Notes under the pieces: model-generated
Told to the model about the DNA's origin: nothing
The model's input: only the letters and a program-made list of their open reading frames with translations
Database searches by the model: none
Position numbers and translations under genes: made by a program
Shown: one piece after another, positions 28,379 to 41,305 of the stretch
Layout of the letters: each line of letters starts with the position of its first letter
Numbering within the stretch: the stretch's first letter is position 1
NCBI GenBank assembly: GCA_964016885.1
Contig: OZ024745.1
Location: forward strand, 3,844,001 to 3,908,000
Direction: 5' to 3'
From: Eledone cirrhosa
Taxonomy: Eukaryota
DNA length: 64,000 bases

Positions 28379-28529
28379 GGTGAGAGTGTTTTTTCTTCTC
28401 TTGCTTTGATATATTTTTGCGTATTATATTTATAAGGTTCCTAGCAATAATTAATTCATTATATGTTTGTACTTCTATTTGATCTTAAATATTTGTTATA
28501 TAAAAAATAAGATTATACTTTCTACATAT

Positions 28530-29450
28530 GTGCTGTGTACACGCCTCTGTTTGTGTGTATATGCGCGCCTGTACATATATGTGTGTGTGCGTGACTGTAT
28601 GTATGTGTGTGCGTCTGTGTTTATGTGTGTACGCGCCAGTGTTTGTGTGTGTACTCGCCAGTGTTTGTGTGTGTACGCGCCAGTGTTTATGTGTGTACGC
28701 GCCAGTGTTTGTGTGTGTACGCGCCAGTGTTTGTGTGTGTACGCGCCAGTGTTTGTGTGTGTACTCGCCAGTGTTTGTGTGTGTACGCGCCAGTGTTTAT
28801 GTGTGTACGCGCCAGTGTTTGTGTGTGTACGCGCCAGTGTTTGTGTGTGTACGCGCCAGTGTTTATGTGTGTACGCGCCAGTGTTTATGTGTGTACCCGC
28901 CTATATCTGTGTGCGTGTGCACCAGTGTGTACGCGCTTGTGTTTGTATTTGTGTACGCGCCTGCGCTTGTGTGTGTGTACCCGTCTGTGTGTATGCGTCT
29001 GTTTGTGTGTGTGTACGCGCCTATGTTTGAGTGTGTGTACTCACGCGTGTGTCTACGCGTCTGTTTGTGTGTGTATGTGTGTACGCGCTTATGTTTGAGT
29101 GTGTGTACGCATGCCTGTGTGTGTGTACGCACGCCTGTGTGTGTGTGCGCGCCTATGTTTGAGTGTGTGTGCGCACGCCTGTGTGTGTGCGCACGCCTAT
29201 GTTTGAGTGTGTACGCACGCCTGTGTGTGTGTACGTGCCTGTGTTTGAGTGTGTGTACGCACGCCTGTGTGTGTGTGTACGCGCCTGTGTTTGTGTGTGT
29301 GTACGAACGCCTGTGTGTGTGTACGCGCCTGTGTTTGAGTGTGTGTACGCACGCCTGTGTGTGTGTACACGCCTGTGTTTAAATGTGTGTACGCACGCCT
29401 GTGTGTGTGTGTGTGTACGCGCCTGTGTTTGTGTGTGTGTACGCATGCCT
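28530..29450. repeat. Compound (TG)-rich minisatellite with GTACGCGCC cores
   Basis: About 20-22-bp units such as GTGTTTGTGTGTGTACGCGCCA. Confidence 0.93.
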
Positions 29451-29818
29451 CTGTCAGTGTCTACTATGCTCGATTAAATGTCTGTGTTTATAACTTGAAC
29501 AGATGGCTAGGAATGCACGTGTACAGCAGGAATGCATCAGACACATTGTCAGGCAGACGGAATAACGCATGTTATGAATACGTAATTATTTAGGTGGTGA
29601 AATCCGAAATTTGATAACAGATCGAAGAATAAAGGCCAAGGAGTATTTCTGAAATTTCAATAATACTTTATCGCAACTTGCCATGTCTGATGTGTTCTCT
29701 ATAAATTCCACTATAATAAAGAATTTGTTAAATTTTATCAGGTTATTATTATCATAAAATGTAATCGTAAAACTCTCTCATTTCCCGCTGTATATGTGTA
29801 GAGTGCATATGTGTGTGT

Positions 29819-29980
29819 ATAGTGTGTCCAAAAAATGTATACATACTTCAACAGCATTCTAATAAAAATGTGTATACATTTAGGGGGGGGGGTGACACCC
29901 TAGGGTGTCCCCCCAAAATGTATACACATATTTATTAGAATGCTGTTGAAGTATGTATACATTTTTTTTAACACCCTATA
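29819..29980. mobile_element. About 160-bp palindromic MITE-like element with mariner-like GGGTGTCC ends
   Basis: AAAATGTATACATACTTCAACAGCATTCTAATAAA is inverted around a central GACACCCTAGGGTGTC. TA flanks. Confidence 0.6.
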
Positions 29981-30088
29981 TATATATTTATATAACGAAG
30001 GAAGTGTGGTAAGGAACCAGGTGGACTATAACGCACCAGAGTACTCAATATTTAGGGTAGTAGAGTGGGTAATAGGAAAAGAGTCAGG

Positions 30089-30124
<36 letters not shown>

Positions 30125-30421
30125 TGTACTTGTTTATTTCCGTATATGATTCTTTGCCTGTGTTCTTACAATTTTATTTCTATGATTTTTTGTTCACGAT
30201 CGCCTGCGTTTTTACCTTTATGATTTTTTGTCTTTAATTTTCCTGTGTTTACTCCCCCCTCCCTACGTTTCTCTGTTTCATTTTCCTTTCCCCGTCTCTG
30301 CCTATCCTTCGCATTTTTAATTTTATTTTTATTTTTTTCATTCGCACCGTTTCCTTTCGCTATATGTCTCTCCACCACTCCCCTACACACCCTTTGAACT
30401 CTGTTCCCACACACTTCTCAC

Positions 30422-30452
30422 CCGAGGAAGGGCTTATGCCCGAAACGTCGTC
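30422..30452 (+). ncRNA. Degenerate minimal hammerhead-ribozyme motif (Penelope-like)
   Basis: CCGAGGA-A-GGGC-TTAT-GCCC-GAAAC-GTC-GTC. The core has a U4>C change and stem I is not evident. It lies in an insert between (TA)n tracts, with AATAAA downstream. Confidence 0.5.
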
Positions 30453-30679
30453 CCCCACCAACACCCCACTCTCCAGAGCGTGAAATTAATAAACATTCGT
30501 TGTACTGCCTCTCTGTTTTCTCCCTGTTCAAATTTTTCCATTATATATATATATATATATAGCCGTCGGGTTCCTGACTCTTTTCATAACTATATATATA
30601 TAGGTATGTCTAATAATAACTAATAAGCTCTGTAGCCTACATAGAGCACTCTTTTTTCCTGTACCTTTCTGACGGAAAT

Positions 30680-30716
<37 letters not shown>

Positions 30717-30769
30717 TTATGTATATATATAAATATATATATACATATATACATATATAAATATATATA

Positions 30770-30811
<42 letters not shown>

Positions 30812-30813
<2 letters not shown>

Positions 30814-31782
30814 CTAGCAGTAAAGCCCGGCGTTGCTCGGGGTCGCTCAGTAGCTGTGTTAAAGTTACAATGTTAAGTTTCTTTTTTGGCTTAAAAACTG
30901 TAGTGTCTACTGTGCAGACTTGCATGTGGTGTTTTTGATTAATATTCCCTCAACCAACAATATGCCTTATGAAGTTAAGAAAACATAACGATAACCCGAA
31001 TGTTATAACAAAAGAGGATGCTGGGGATAGAAACTGCACTGGTTATTTATTAACAAAGATCGAAAATGTAAACACTGCAACGCAGAGAAAAACATTAGCG
31101 TAACCAAATTATCAGTTATGTCTGTCTGCACGCCTATATCACCTCTCTGCACGACTATCTGTCTGCACGCCTATATCACCTCTCTGCACGACTATCTGTC
31201 TGCACGCCTATATCACCTCTCTGCACGACTGTCTGTCTGCACGCCTATATCACCTCTCTGCACGACTGTCTGTCTGCACGCCTATATCACCTCTCTGCAC
31301 GACTGTCTGTCTGCACGACTGTCTGTCTGCACGCCTAACGACGAAATATTTGCTTGTTTTACGTAGTCTTTAAATAGACTTGTTTTCAAGTAAAAATATT
31401 GTTTTAAAATGCTTTTAAATGGAAATGAAGCAAAACGGAAGCTTAGTGTTCGAACTGATGAATTTTGCAGGTCAATATTTTGCTGGCTCGACAACTGTTC
31501 GTGTATTGTGTTAATGTCATTTTAAACGCTGAGAAAGCCAGCGTAATTTTTTACGTAAGACGCTCAATGTAAACAGAACAAAGGGAAATAACTGATAACT
31601 TACGCTCAAAAATCGATACATTATATTCGATTTCGTCACATAGGGTGGGTCAATTTGAAATATTTTTTTTCCGATGTCTTCGCTAGGGCTCAATGTACAA
31701 GTATAGCAATTTCGGTGCAATTCCGTCAGAGATTCTAAGAGGAGATGTGTGCCAAAAATCGATAGACAGACAGACAACCACA

Positions 31783-31790
<8 letters not shown>
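30812..31790. mobile_element. Non-autonomous Helitron/Helentron (HINE/DINE-like) element with an internal 37-bp minisatellite (31119-31336)
   Basis: Begins ACTAGCAGTAAAGCCCGGCGTTGCTCGGG (CTAG plus a GC hairpin) and ends GACAGACAGACA...TTTATATA. Inserted in (TA)n. Confidence 0.6.
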
Positions 31791-31871
<81 letters not shown>

Positions 31872-32068
31872 AGGAGGTGAGTTTTATTGTAGTACAGTAA
31901 AGCAATGCAGATATTGATTTAAAACTGCACTATCCACAAGTGTTTTTCAACCTTCATATCATGTCCTCCTATTTTATCTGATGAAAACACAAATGTTATT
32001 GCATGATGATATTTGTTTTTGAAATGCGCATAATAAAATACATGGAACTCATTTAACCATCTTTTGAT

Positions 32069-32135
<67 letters not shown>

Positions 32136-32211
32136 TTAGGGTAAATATTGATGCAATTCAATTCAAGCACTCAACGTACTTTTTCCACATAGGAGTGACG
32201 GAGTAAATATC

Positions 32212-32408
32212 GAATAAGGAAAAGCGAAGTAGTTTCAGATGTTCAAGTCCTTTAATAATAATGCTGTGATATATATTTCAATGGCGACACTGGCCACACT
32301 GTTCTGTGTGCGACAGAACAGTGTGGCCAGTGTCGCCATTGAAATATATATCACAGCATTATTATTAAAGGACTTGAACATCTGAAACTACTTCGCTTTT
32401 CCTTATTC
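32212..32408. repeat. Perfect inverted repeat, 96-bp arms with a 5-nt loop
   Basis: GAATAAGG...GTTCTGT-gtgcg-ACAGAAC...CCTTATTC; no mismatches seen. Confidence 0.95.
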
Positions 32409-32888
32409 TATATATATATATATATGAGAAAGTATGACCCCGACGGCAGAGCTCAAGCCGTTTTACGGCTATTTCTGGACTAAAGTAAGAGTTTTTTTAG
32501 TCTGGTAAATAAATAGCTGAACTTTTCAAGGAGTATTGAGTACTCTGGTGCGTTATGGTCTATCTGGTTCCTTGCCACAACTCCTTCGTTATATATATAT
32601 ATAGTAATAATAAATGTGAAGACTAAAATCCAAAGAGGGCTCGATAAGGATAAATATATATCAATATATAAGAACCATAGAGCAAACATTTTCAGAAGAT
32701 CCCGTTAAGGGTGGAAGCAGCGATTCTTTGCTTAAACTTTAATCTGTTATTTTAATATATATATATATATATATATTATAAAGAATCGAGACCCGACGGC
32801 TGAGCTCTTGCTGTTTCGACAGCTAGTTCCAGACTAGATAGATAGATTTGTGTATGAATATGTATCTAAGACGAAAATGAATATAATA

Positions 32889-33113
32889 TAATTGTTTCTA
32901 CTTTTGGCACAAGGCCAGTAATTACTCAGTGTATTACTGGTACTTTATTTTATCCACCCCGAGGCAAAGTAAACCTCTGCGAGATTTGAATATAATATAA
33001 TATTATATTATATTATAGTTGACTTTGCCTTTCATCCTTACGGGGTCGATAAAATAAAGTACCAGTAATGCACTGGGTAATTGCTGGCCTTGTGCCTAAA
33101 GTAGAAACAATTA
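32889..33113. mobile_element. Inverted pair of fragments of the dominant SINE family, flanked by (ATATA)n
   Basis: AATTGTTTCTACTTTTGGCACAAGGCCAG...ACTGGTACTTTATTTTATC and its reverse complement. Other family copies at about 41580-41770, 45103-45230, 49885-50072, 51910-52082, 58915-59290 and 62045-62232. Confidence 0.75.
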
Positions 33114-33755
33114 TATTATATTATATTATATTCAAATCGAAGATGAATATAATATAATATAATATAATATAATATAATATAATATAATATAATATATATG
33201 TGTGCGTATAATAGATGTTGGTGAAATAAAGTACCAATGAAGTACGGGAATCTATTGGCTTTCTTTACTCTCCCCCTTGTTTCTCTCCTACTTACCCCCA
33301 CTATCGTCTGTGTTGTGATAAAACTAACAAAGCGCTGTTATATGTATTTCTGAACAATATCTTCATTGGACGTTTGAGGTGAAATAGAAGTGCAACAAAC
33401 CACTGTATTAGAGAGAGTGGGAGTGACAGGGGCTGTTTATGTCGTCTGCTTCTTCAGTGTTTGTCTTCCGTCGGTGGGAATGATACTGATTATAACTGCC
33501 AGATATTTGTATGTATGGTCCTGTAATTCCTGAGTTAGGGACATATTTTAAATCTGGCGGAGCCCATCTCCTCTCCAGGTCTGAATACAACAGATTTCTT
33601 CCTGAGAAGGTTAGAGTGTGAAAGAAAGGAAGAGAGAAAGAGATATAGAGGTAGAATCGACTCCAGTACTAGACAAGTATTTTCTTTTATCGACTTCGAA
33701 TGTATGAAATCGGTAGGATTAGAACTCGGAGAGAGACGAAACGAATACCGCAAAA

Positions 33756-36700
33756 CATTCTATCTGACGTTCTAGCCACCCTACCATTCTATCTGACGTC
33801 CTAACCACTCTACCATTCTATCTGACGTCCTAACCACTCTACCATTCGATCTGACGTCCTAACCACTCTACCATTCGATCTGACGTCCTAACCACTCTAC
33901 CATTCTATCAGACGTTCTAACCACTCTACCATTCTATCTGACGTCCTAACCACTCTACCATTCTATCTGACGTTCTAACCACTCTACCATTCTATCTGAC
34001 GTTCTAACCACTCTACCATTCTATCTGACGTTCTAACCACTCTACCATTCTATCAGACGTCCTAACCACTCTACTATTCTATCTGACGTCCTAACCACTC
34101 TACCATTCTATCTGACGTTCTAACCACTCTACCATTCTATCTGACGTCCTAAACACTCTACCATTCTATCTGACGTTCTAACCACTCTACCATTCTATCT
34201 GACGTCCTAACCACTCAACCATTCTATCTGACGTCCTAAAGACTCAACCATTCTATCTGACGTCCTAACCACTCTACCATTCTATCTGACGTTCCAACCA
34301 CTCTACCATTCTATCTGACGTTCTAACCACTCTACCATTATGTCAGACGTTCTAACGACTCTACTATTCTATCTGACGTTCTAACCACTCTACCATTCTA
34401 TCTGACGTTCTAACCACTCTACCATTCTATCTGACATCCTAACCACTCTACCATTCTATCTGACGTCCTAACCACTCTACCATTCTATCAGACGTTCTAA
34501 CCACTCTACCGTTCTATCTGACGTTCTAACCACTCTACCATTCTATCAGACGTTCTAACCACTCTACCATTCTATCAGACGTTCTAACCACTCTACCATT
34601 CTATCTGACGTTCTAGCCACCCTACCATTCTATCTGACGTTCTAGCCATCCTACCATTCTATCTGACGTCCTAACCACTCTACCATTCTATCTGACGTTC
34701 TAACCACTCTACCATTCTATCTGACGTCCTAACCACTCTACCATTCGATCTGACGTCCTAACCACTCTACCATTCTATCAGACGTTCTAACCACTCTACC
34801 ATTCTATCTGACGTTCTAACCACTCTACCATTCTATCTGACATCCTAACCACTCTACCATTCTATCTGACGTCCTAACCACTCTACCATTCTATCAGACG
34901 TTCTAACCACTCTACCGTTCTATCTGACGTTCTAACCACTCTACCATTCTATCAGACGTTCTAACCACTCTACCATTCTATCAGACGTTCTAACCACTCT
35001 ACCATTCTATCTGACGTTCTAACCACTCTACCATTCTATCTGACGTCCTAACCACTCTACCATTCGATCTGACGTCCTAACCACTCTACCATTCTATCAG
35101 ACGTTCTAACCACTCTACCATTCTATCTGACGTTCTAACCACTCTACCATTCTATCAGACGTTCTAACCACTCTACCATTCTATCAGACGTTCTAACCAC
35201 TCTACCATTCTATCAGACGTTCTAACCACTCTACCATTCTATCTGACGTTCTAACCATTCTACCATTCTATCAGACGTTCTAACCACTCTACCATTCTAT
35301 CAGACGTTCTAACCACTCTACCATTCTATCTGACGTTCTAGCCACCCTACCATTCTATCTGACGTTCTAGCCACCCTACCATTCTATCTGACGTCCTAAC
35401 CACTCTACCATTCTATCTGACGTTCTAACCACTCTACCATTCTATCTGACGTCCTAACCACTCTACCATTCGATCTGACGTCCTAACCACTCTACCATTC
35501 TATCAGACGTTCTAACCACTCTACCATTCTATCTGACGTTCTAACCACTCTACCATTCTATCAGACGTTCTAACCACTCTACCATTCTATCAGACGTTCT
35601 AACCACTCTACCATTCTATCAGACGTTCTAACCACTCTACCATTCTATCTGACGTTCTAACCACTCTACCATTCTATCAGACGTTCTAACCACTCTACCA
35701 TTCTATCTGACGTCCTAACCACTCTACCATTCTATCTGACGTTCTAACCACTCTACCATTCTATCAGACGTTCTAACCACTCTACTATTCTATCTGACGT
35801 CCTAACCACTCTACCATTCTATCTGACGTCCTAAAGACTCAACCATTCTATCAGACGTCTAACCACTCTACCATTCTATCTGACGTCCTAACCACTCTAC
35901 CATTCTATCTGACGTTCCAACCACTCTACCATTCTATCTGACGTTCCAACCACTCTACCATTCGATCTGACGTCCTAACCACTCTACCATTCTATCAGAC
36001 GTTCTAACCACTCTACCATTCTATCTGACGTTCTAACCACTCTACCATTCTATCAGACGTTCTAACCACTCTACCATTCTATCAGACGTTCTAACCACTC
36101 TACCATTCTATCAGACGTTCTAACCACTCTACCATTCTATCTGACGTTCTAACCACTCTACCATTCTATCAGACGTTCTAACCACTCTACCATTCTATCT
36201 GACGTCCTAACCACTCTACCATTCTATCTGACGTTCTAACCACTCTACCATTCTATCAGACGTTCTAACCACTCTACCATTCTATCTGACGTCCTAACCA
36301 CTCTACCATTCTATCTGACGTTCTAACCACTCTACCATTCTATCAGACGTTCTAACCACTCTACCATTCTATCAGACGTTCTAACCACTCTACCATTCTA
36401 TCAGACGTCTAACCACTCTACCATTCTATCTGACGTCCTAACCACTCTACCATTCTATCTGACGTTCCAACCACTCTACCATTCTATCTGACGTTCTAAC
36501 CACTCTACCATTATGTCAGACGTTCTAACGACTCTACTATTCTATCTGACGTTCTAACCACTCTACCATTCTATCAGACGTTCTAACCACTCTACCATTC
36601 TATCAGACGTTCTAACGACTCTACCATTATATCAGACTTCTAACCACTCTACCATTCTATCAGACGTTCTAACCACTCTACCATTCTGTCAGACGTTCTA

Positions 36701-39055
36701 ACGACTCTACCATTCTATCAGACGTTCTAACGACTCTACCATTCTATCAGACTTCTAACCACTCTACCATTCTATCAGACGTTCTAACGACTCTTACATT
36801 CTATCTGACGTTCTAACCACTCTACCATTCTATCAGACGTTCTAACCACTCTACCATTCTGTCAGACGTTCTAACGACTCTACCATTCTATCAGACGTTC
36901 TAACGACTCTACCATTCTATCAGACTTCTAACCACTCTACCATTCTATCAGACGTTCTAACGACTCTTACATTCTATCTGACGTTCTAACCACTCTACCA
37001 TTTTGTCAGACGTTCTAACCACTCTACCATTCTATCAGACGTTCTAACCACTCTACTATTCTATCAGACGTTCTAACGACTCTACCATTCTATCAGACTT
37101 CTAACCACTCTACCATTCTATCAGACGTTCTAACGACTCTACCATTCTATCAGACGTTCTAACCACTCTACTATTCTATCAGACGTTCTAACGACTCTAC
37201 CATTCTATCAGACGTTCTAACCACTCTACCATTCTATCTGACGTTCTAACCACTCTACTATTCTATCAGACGTTCTAACGACTCTACCATTCTATCTGAC
37301 GTTCTAACCACTCTACCATTCTATCTGACGTTCTAACCACTCTACTATTCTATCAGACGTTCTAACCACTCTACTATTCTATCAGACGTTCTAACGACTC
37401 TACCATTCTATCAGACGTTCTAACGACTCTACTATTCTATCAGACGTTCTAACCACTCTACTATTCTATCAGACGTTCTAACGACTCTACTATTCTATCA
37501 GACGTTCTAACCACTCTACCATTCTATCAGACGTTCTAACGACTCTACCATTCTATCTGACGTTCTAACCACTCTACCATTCTATCTGACGTTCTAACCA
37601 CTCTACTATTCTATCAGACGTTCTAACCACTCTACTATTCTATCAGACGTTCTAACCACTCTACCATTCTATCTGACGTTCTAACCACTCTACTATTCTA
37701 TCAGACGTTCTAACCACTCTACTATTCTATCAGACGTTCTAACCACTCTACCATTCTATCAGACGTTCTAACCACTCTACCATTCTATCTGACGTTCTAA
37801 CCACTCTACTATTCTATCAGACGTTCTAACGACTCTACTATTCTATCAGACGTTCTAACCACTCTACCATTCTATCAGACGTTCTAACGACTCTACCATT
37901 CTATCTGACGTTCTAACCACTCTACCATTCTATCTGACGTTCTAACCACTCTACTATTCTATCAGACGTTCTAACCACTCTACTATTCTATCAGACGTTC
38001 TAACGACTCTACCATTCTATCAGACGTTCTAACGACTCTACTTTTCTATCAGACGTTCTAACCACTCTACTATTCTATCAGACGTTCTAACGACTCTACT
38101 ATTCTATCAGACGTTCTAACCACTCTACCATTCTATCAGACGTTCTAACGACTCTACCATTCTATCTGACGTTCTAACCACTCTACCATTCTATCTGACG
38201 TTCTAACCACTCTACTATTCTATCAGACGTTCTAACCACTCTACTATTCTATCAGACGTTCTAACCACTCTACCATTCTATCAGACGTTCTAACCACTCT
38301 ACCATTCTATCTGACGTTCTAACCACTCTACTATTCTATCAGACGTTCTAACCACTCTACTATTCTATCAGACGTTCTAACCACTCTACCATTCTATCAG
38401 ACGTTCTAACCACTCTACCATTCTATCTGACGTTCTAACCACTCTACTATTCTATCAGACGTTCTAACCACTCTACTATTCTATCAGACGTTCTAACCAC
38501 TCTACCATTCTATCAGACGTTCTAACCACTCTACCATTCTATCTGACGTTCTAACCACTCTACTATTCTATCAGACGTTCTAACCACTCTACTATTCTAT
38601 CAGACGTTCTAACCACTCTACCATTCTATCAGACGTTCTAACCACTCTACCATTCTATCTGACGTTCTAACCACTCTACCATTCTATCTGACGTTCTAAC
38701 CACTCTACCATTCTATCTGACGTTCTAACCACTCTACTATTCTATCAGACGTTCTAACCACTCTACTATTCTATCAGACGTTCTAACCACTCTACCATTC
38801 TATCTGACGTTCTAACCACTCTACCATTCTATCAGACGTTCTAACCACTCTACCATTCTATCAGACGTTCTAACGACTCTACCATTCTATCTGACGTTCT
38901 AACCACTCTACCATTCTATCAGACGTTCTAACCACTCTACCATTCTATCAGACGTTCTAACGACTCTACCATTCTATCAGACGTTCTAACCACTCTACTA
39001 TTCTATCAGACGTTCTAACGACCCTACCATTCTATCAGACGTTCTAACGACTCTA
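33756..39055. repeat. 29-bp satellite CATTCTATC(T/A)GACGTTCTAACCACTCTAC, about 183 copies, embedded in a SINE
   Basis: Tandem periodicity of 29. SINE sequence continues on both flanks. Confidence 0.98.
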
Positions 39056-39739
39056 GCAATTTGCCGCCTTTGATAGCCGAGTGTAAGAATCTCCAGTTTG
39101 TCCTTTTGAGATCCGGTATTAAGACTAGCTGTACAGGTATACAGGTGTACAGGTGTGTAATTGGTATGTTTCTCCTCATATAACAATGTTTTTAAGTGTG
39201 CAGTAGGACTAGAGCCCTGAGCTCCGATAAACTGTAACTTTGATATTGTTTTTATATCGAAATAATCGATCTGCATGAAACTACATAATAGCAAAGTTCA
39301 CATTCCACCCCAAACAAATATGTTGACAATAGAGATAGCTTGAAATTACAAACACAACCCCCATAGCTGTCCACATTCAACACATATATCTCTATTACTT
39401 AATTACATAAATATTACACATGAAAATTTAGAATAAAAACGAAAGAAAATATTAAGTCAACACAAAGTGTATCGGTTATACATCATAAAGGGTGCCGAAA
39501 CCTCCCTTGTTTGTCTTTTTAAAACGATGTCTCCTATAATGTTAGCCGCTGATAATCTCACTTCCAATAATTATGACGATAGGTTGGCTGTATGATATAT
39601 ATAAAGCATTCATCTAGTATAAATAAACTCCGGACTTGCGCTTTGTAGACGGTAATTCTTCCTTCTGCATCCAGTTTGTTCCCGATTTTCACTTACTGCT
39701 AGTGTTTTAAACCTGTGTGTGTGCAACAAACTTTGTTAC

Positions 39740-40130
39740 AGATCTTCTTCTCCTACTTATTCCTGGGAGAGCCGTGGGGGGCAAAGTCCTCAAACACTCC
39801 TTCCAGCGGGTCCTGTCGGAAGCAAACGTCTCCAATTTATCTGGCTGGATCTCCAAACGAGACCAGTCGATCTCGTGGATCCAACCATCTTAGTCTGTGT
39901 CTACCCCTGAGTATCCTGCTAATTGTTTTTGCCCGTAAAACCTGTCCAGCGATTCTTTCCTGAGACATTCTAACCACATGTCCGTAATGTCAGGACTGTG
40001 ATCTCTCAATTCGGAGAAGTAGCTGCTCTACCTAGAGTGACTCTCTGATCTCCGAGCTATGCTATCGAGTAATGTTACTCCAAAGACCCTTCTGTAACCT
40101 CTCTTACAGATGATGGAGTTATTTTCTTCC
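39740..40130 (-). mobile_element. Degenerate RTE-clade LINE 3' fragment
   Basis: The minus strand reads RRVFGVTLLD/SSEIRESL*VEQLLLRIERSQS*HYGHVVRMSQERIA. A related copy is at about 62650-62800. Confidence 0.75.
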
Positions 40131-41185
40131 CGTAATAGCTTGATGTCTATGGTAACGAGCAAACTTTCACGTTCCCATTTCTTAGAAAGCTTACAATTCC
40201 CTAAGCGTAATTCAATGATTAATGAACTTCGTTTCTTTGATCAAACTATTTCTTTGCCTTTTGTTGGTTCGTATGTTAACTTTACCGCCTAGGCTTTCAT
40301 CTTAAGGGAAATGTTTAAGCTGTTACGTTATTACTATCATTAAAAGATCTGAAGACTCAATAAGTTTTCTTACCTTAAGTCTGCACCATCTGTTGATCTT
40401 GTTGATACAGTGTGGTGTCACCAACATTAATGTACAGCCTGTTTTTACAGGTGGTCAGAAGGTTATCTATACAAAAAAGGTGAACAGAAGCAAACCATGT
40501 ACTGTACTGTACAGAGTTTTCGTGGTTGAAATATTAATGGGTGACGAAAAGAGTGGCTTTTAATGGGTGACGAATCAGAGTATTAACTTGAAAAGAGTGA
40601 CTTTTAATGGGGGAAATTCGGGGTATTAACTCGAAAGAGTGGTTTTTAATGGGTGATAAATCCAAGTAGTGACTTGAAGGAGTGTTTTTTTTTATCTCCG
40701 TTAATGTGGCTCATTTGAGGCAACTTAGCATTTATTCGTAAAACATTCGTTTTATATTCATAGATATGATAACTCTGTCTGACATATATTTAGGTTGTTG
40801 ATCCACCTGGAAAAGAATGGTGACTTGTTGTGTATGGGTTGTTGGAAATCGAACTGCCTGTTACTGTTGTAGTAGATAACCTTTCAATTGATGGGCTGTT
40901 AATTCTATTTCTTTGCTGGTGGCGGAAAGTAAAGATATACGTGTGGTTTTAGTGTGCTCTCTACTAATTAAAGGTAGTCTGTTTACGACAGTCTCGCTAA
41001 AAATTAAGAGGTCTCAGTTTCCAAACAGGGATAAAAGTCTACTAATTAAAGGTAGGCTGTTTCTGACAGTCTCACTAAAAAGCTAGGTAGATTCCACATG
41101 AGCTGCCTCTCGCAATGTACTACACATTTGTTGAAAGGACAAAATTCCAGAGACCGAAGTCCCTAATCGCTCGGTGTTGTGCAAG

Positions 41186-41305
41186 GGAGATCAGAAATGT
41201 TGGGGTGTGGGGGAAATCAGAAATGTTGGGGTGTGGGGGAGATCAGAAATGTTGGGGTGTGGGGGAGATCAGAAATGTTGGGGTGTGGGGGAGATCAGAA
41301 ATGTT
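41186..41305. repeat. 26-bp G-rich minisatellite GGGGTGTGGGGGAGATCAGAAATGTT
   Basis: About 4.5 tandem copies. The flanks may be a CR1/L2-like LINE 3' relic. Confidence 0.85.

Noticed and set aside
28467-29593. Cys/Val-rich ORFs
   Set aside because: Translations of (TG)-rich repeats.
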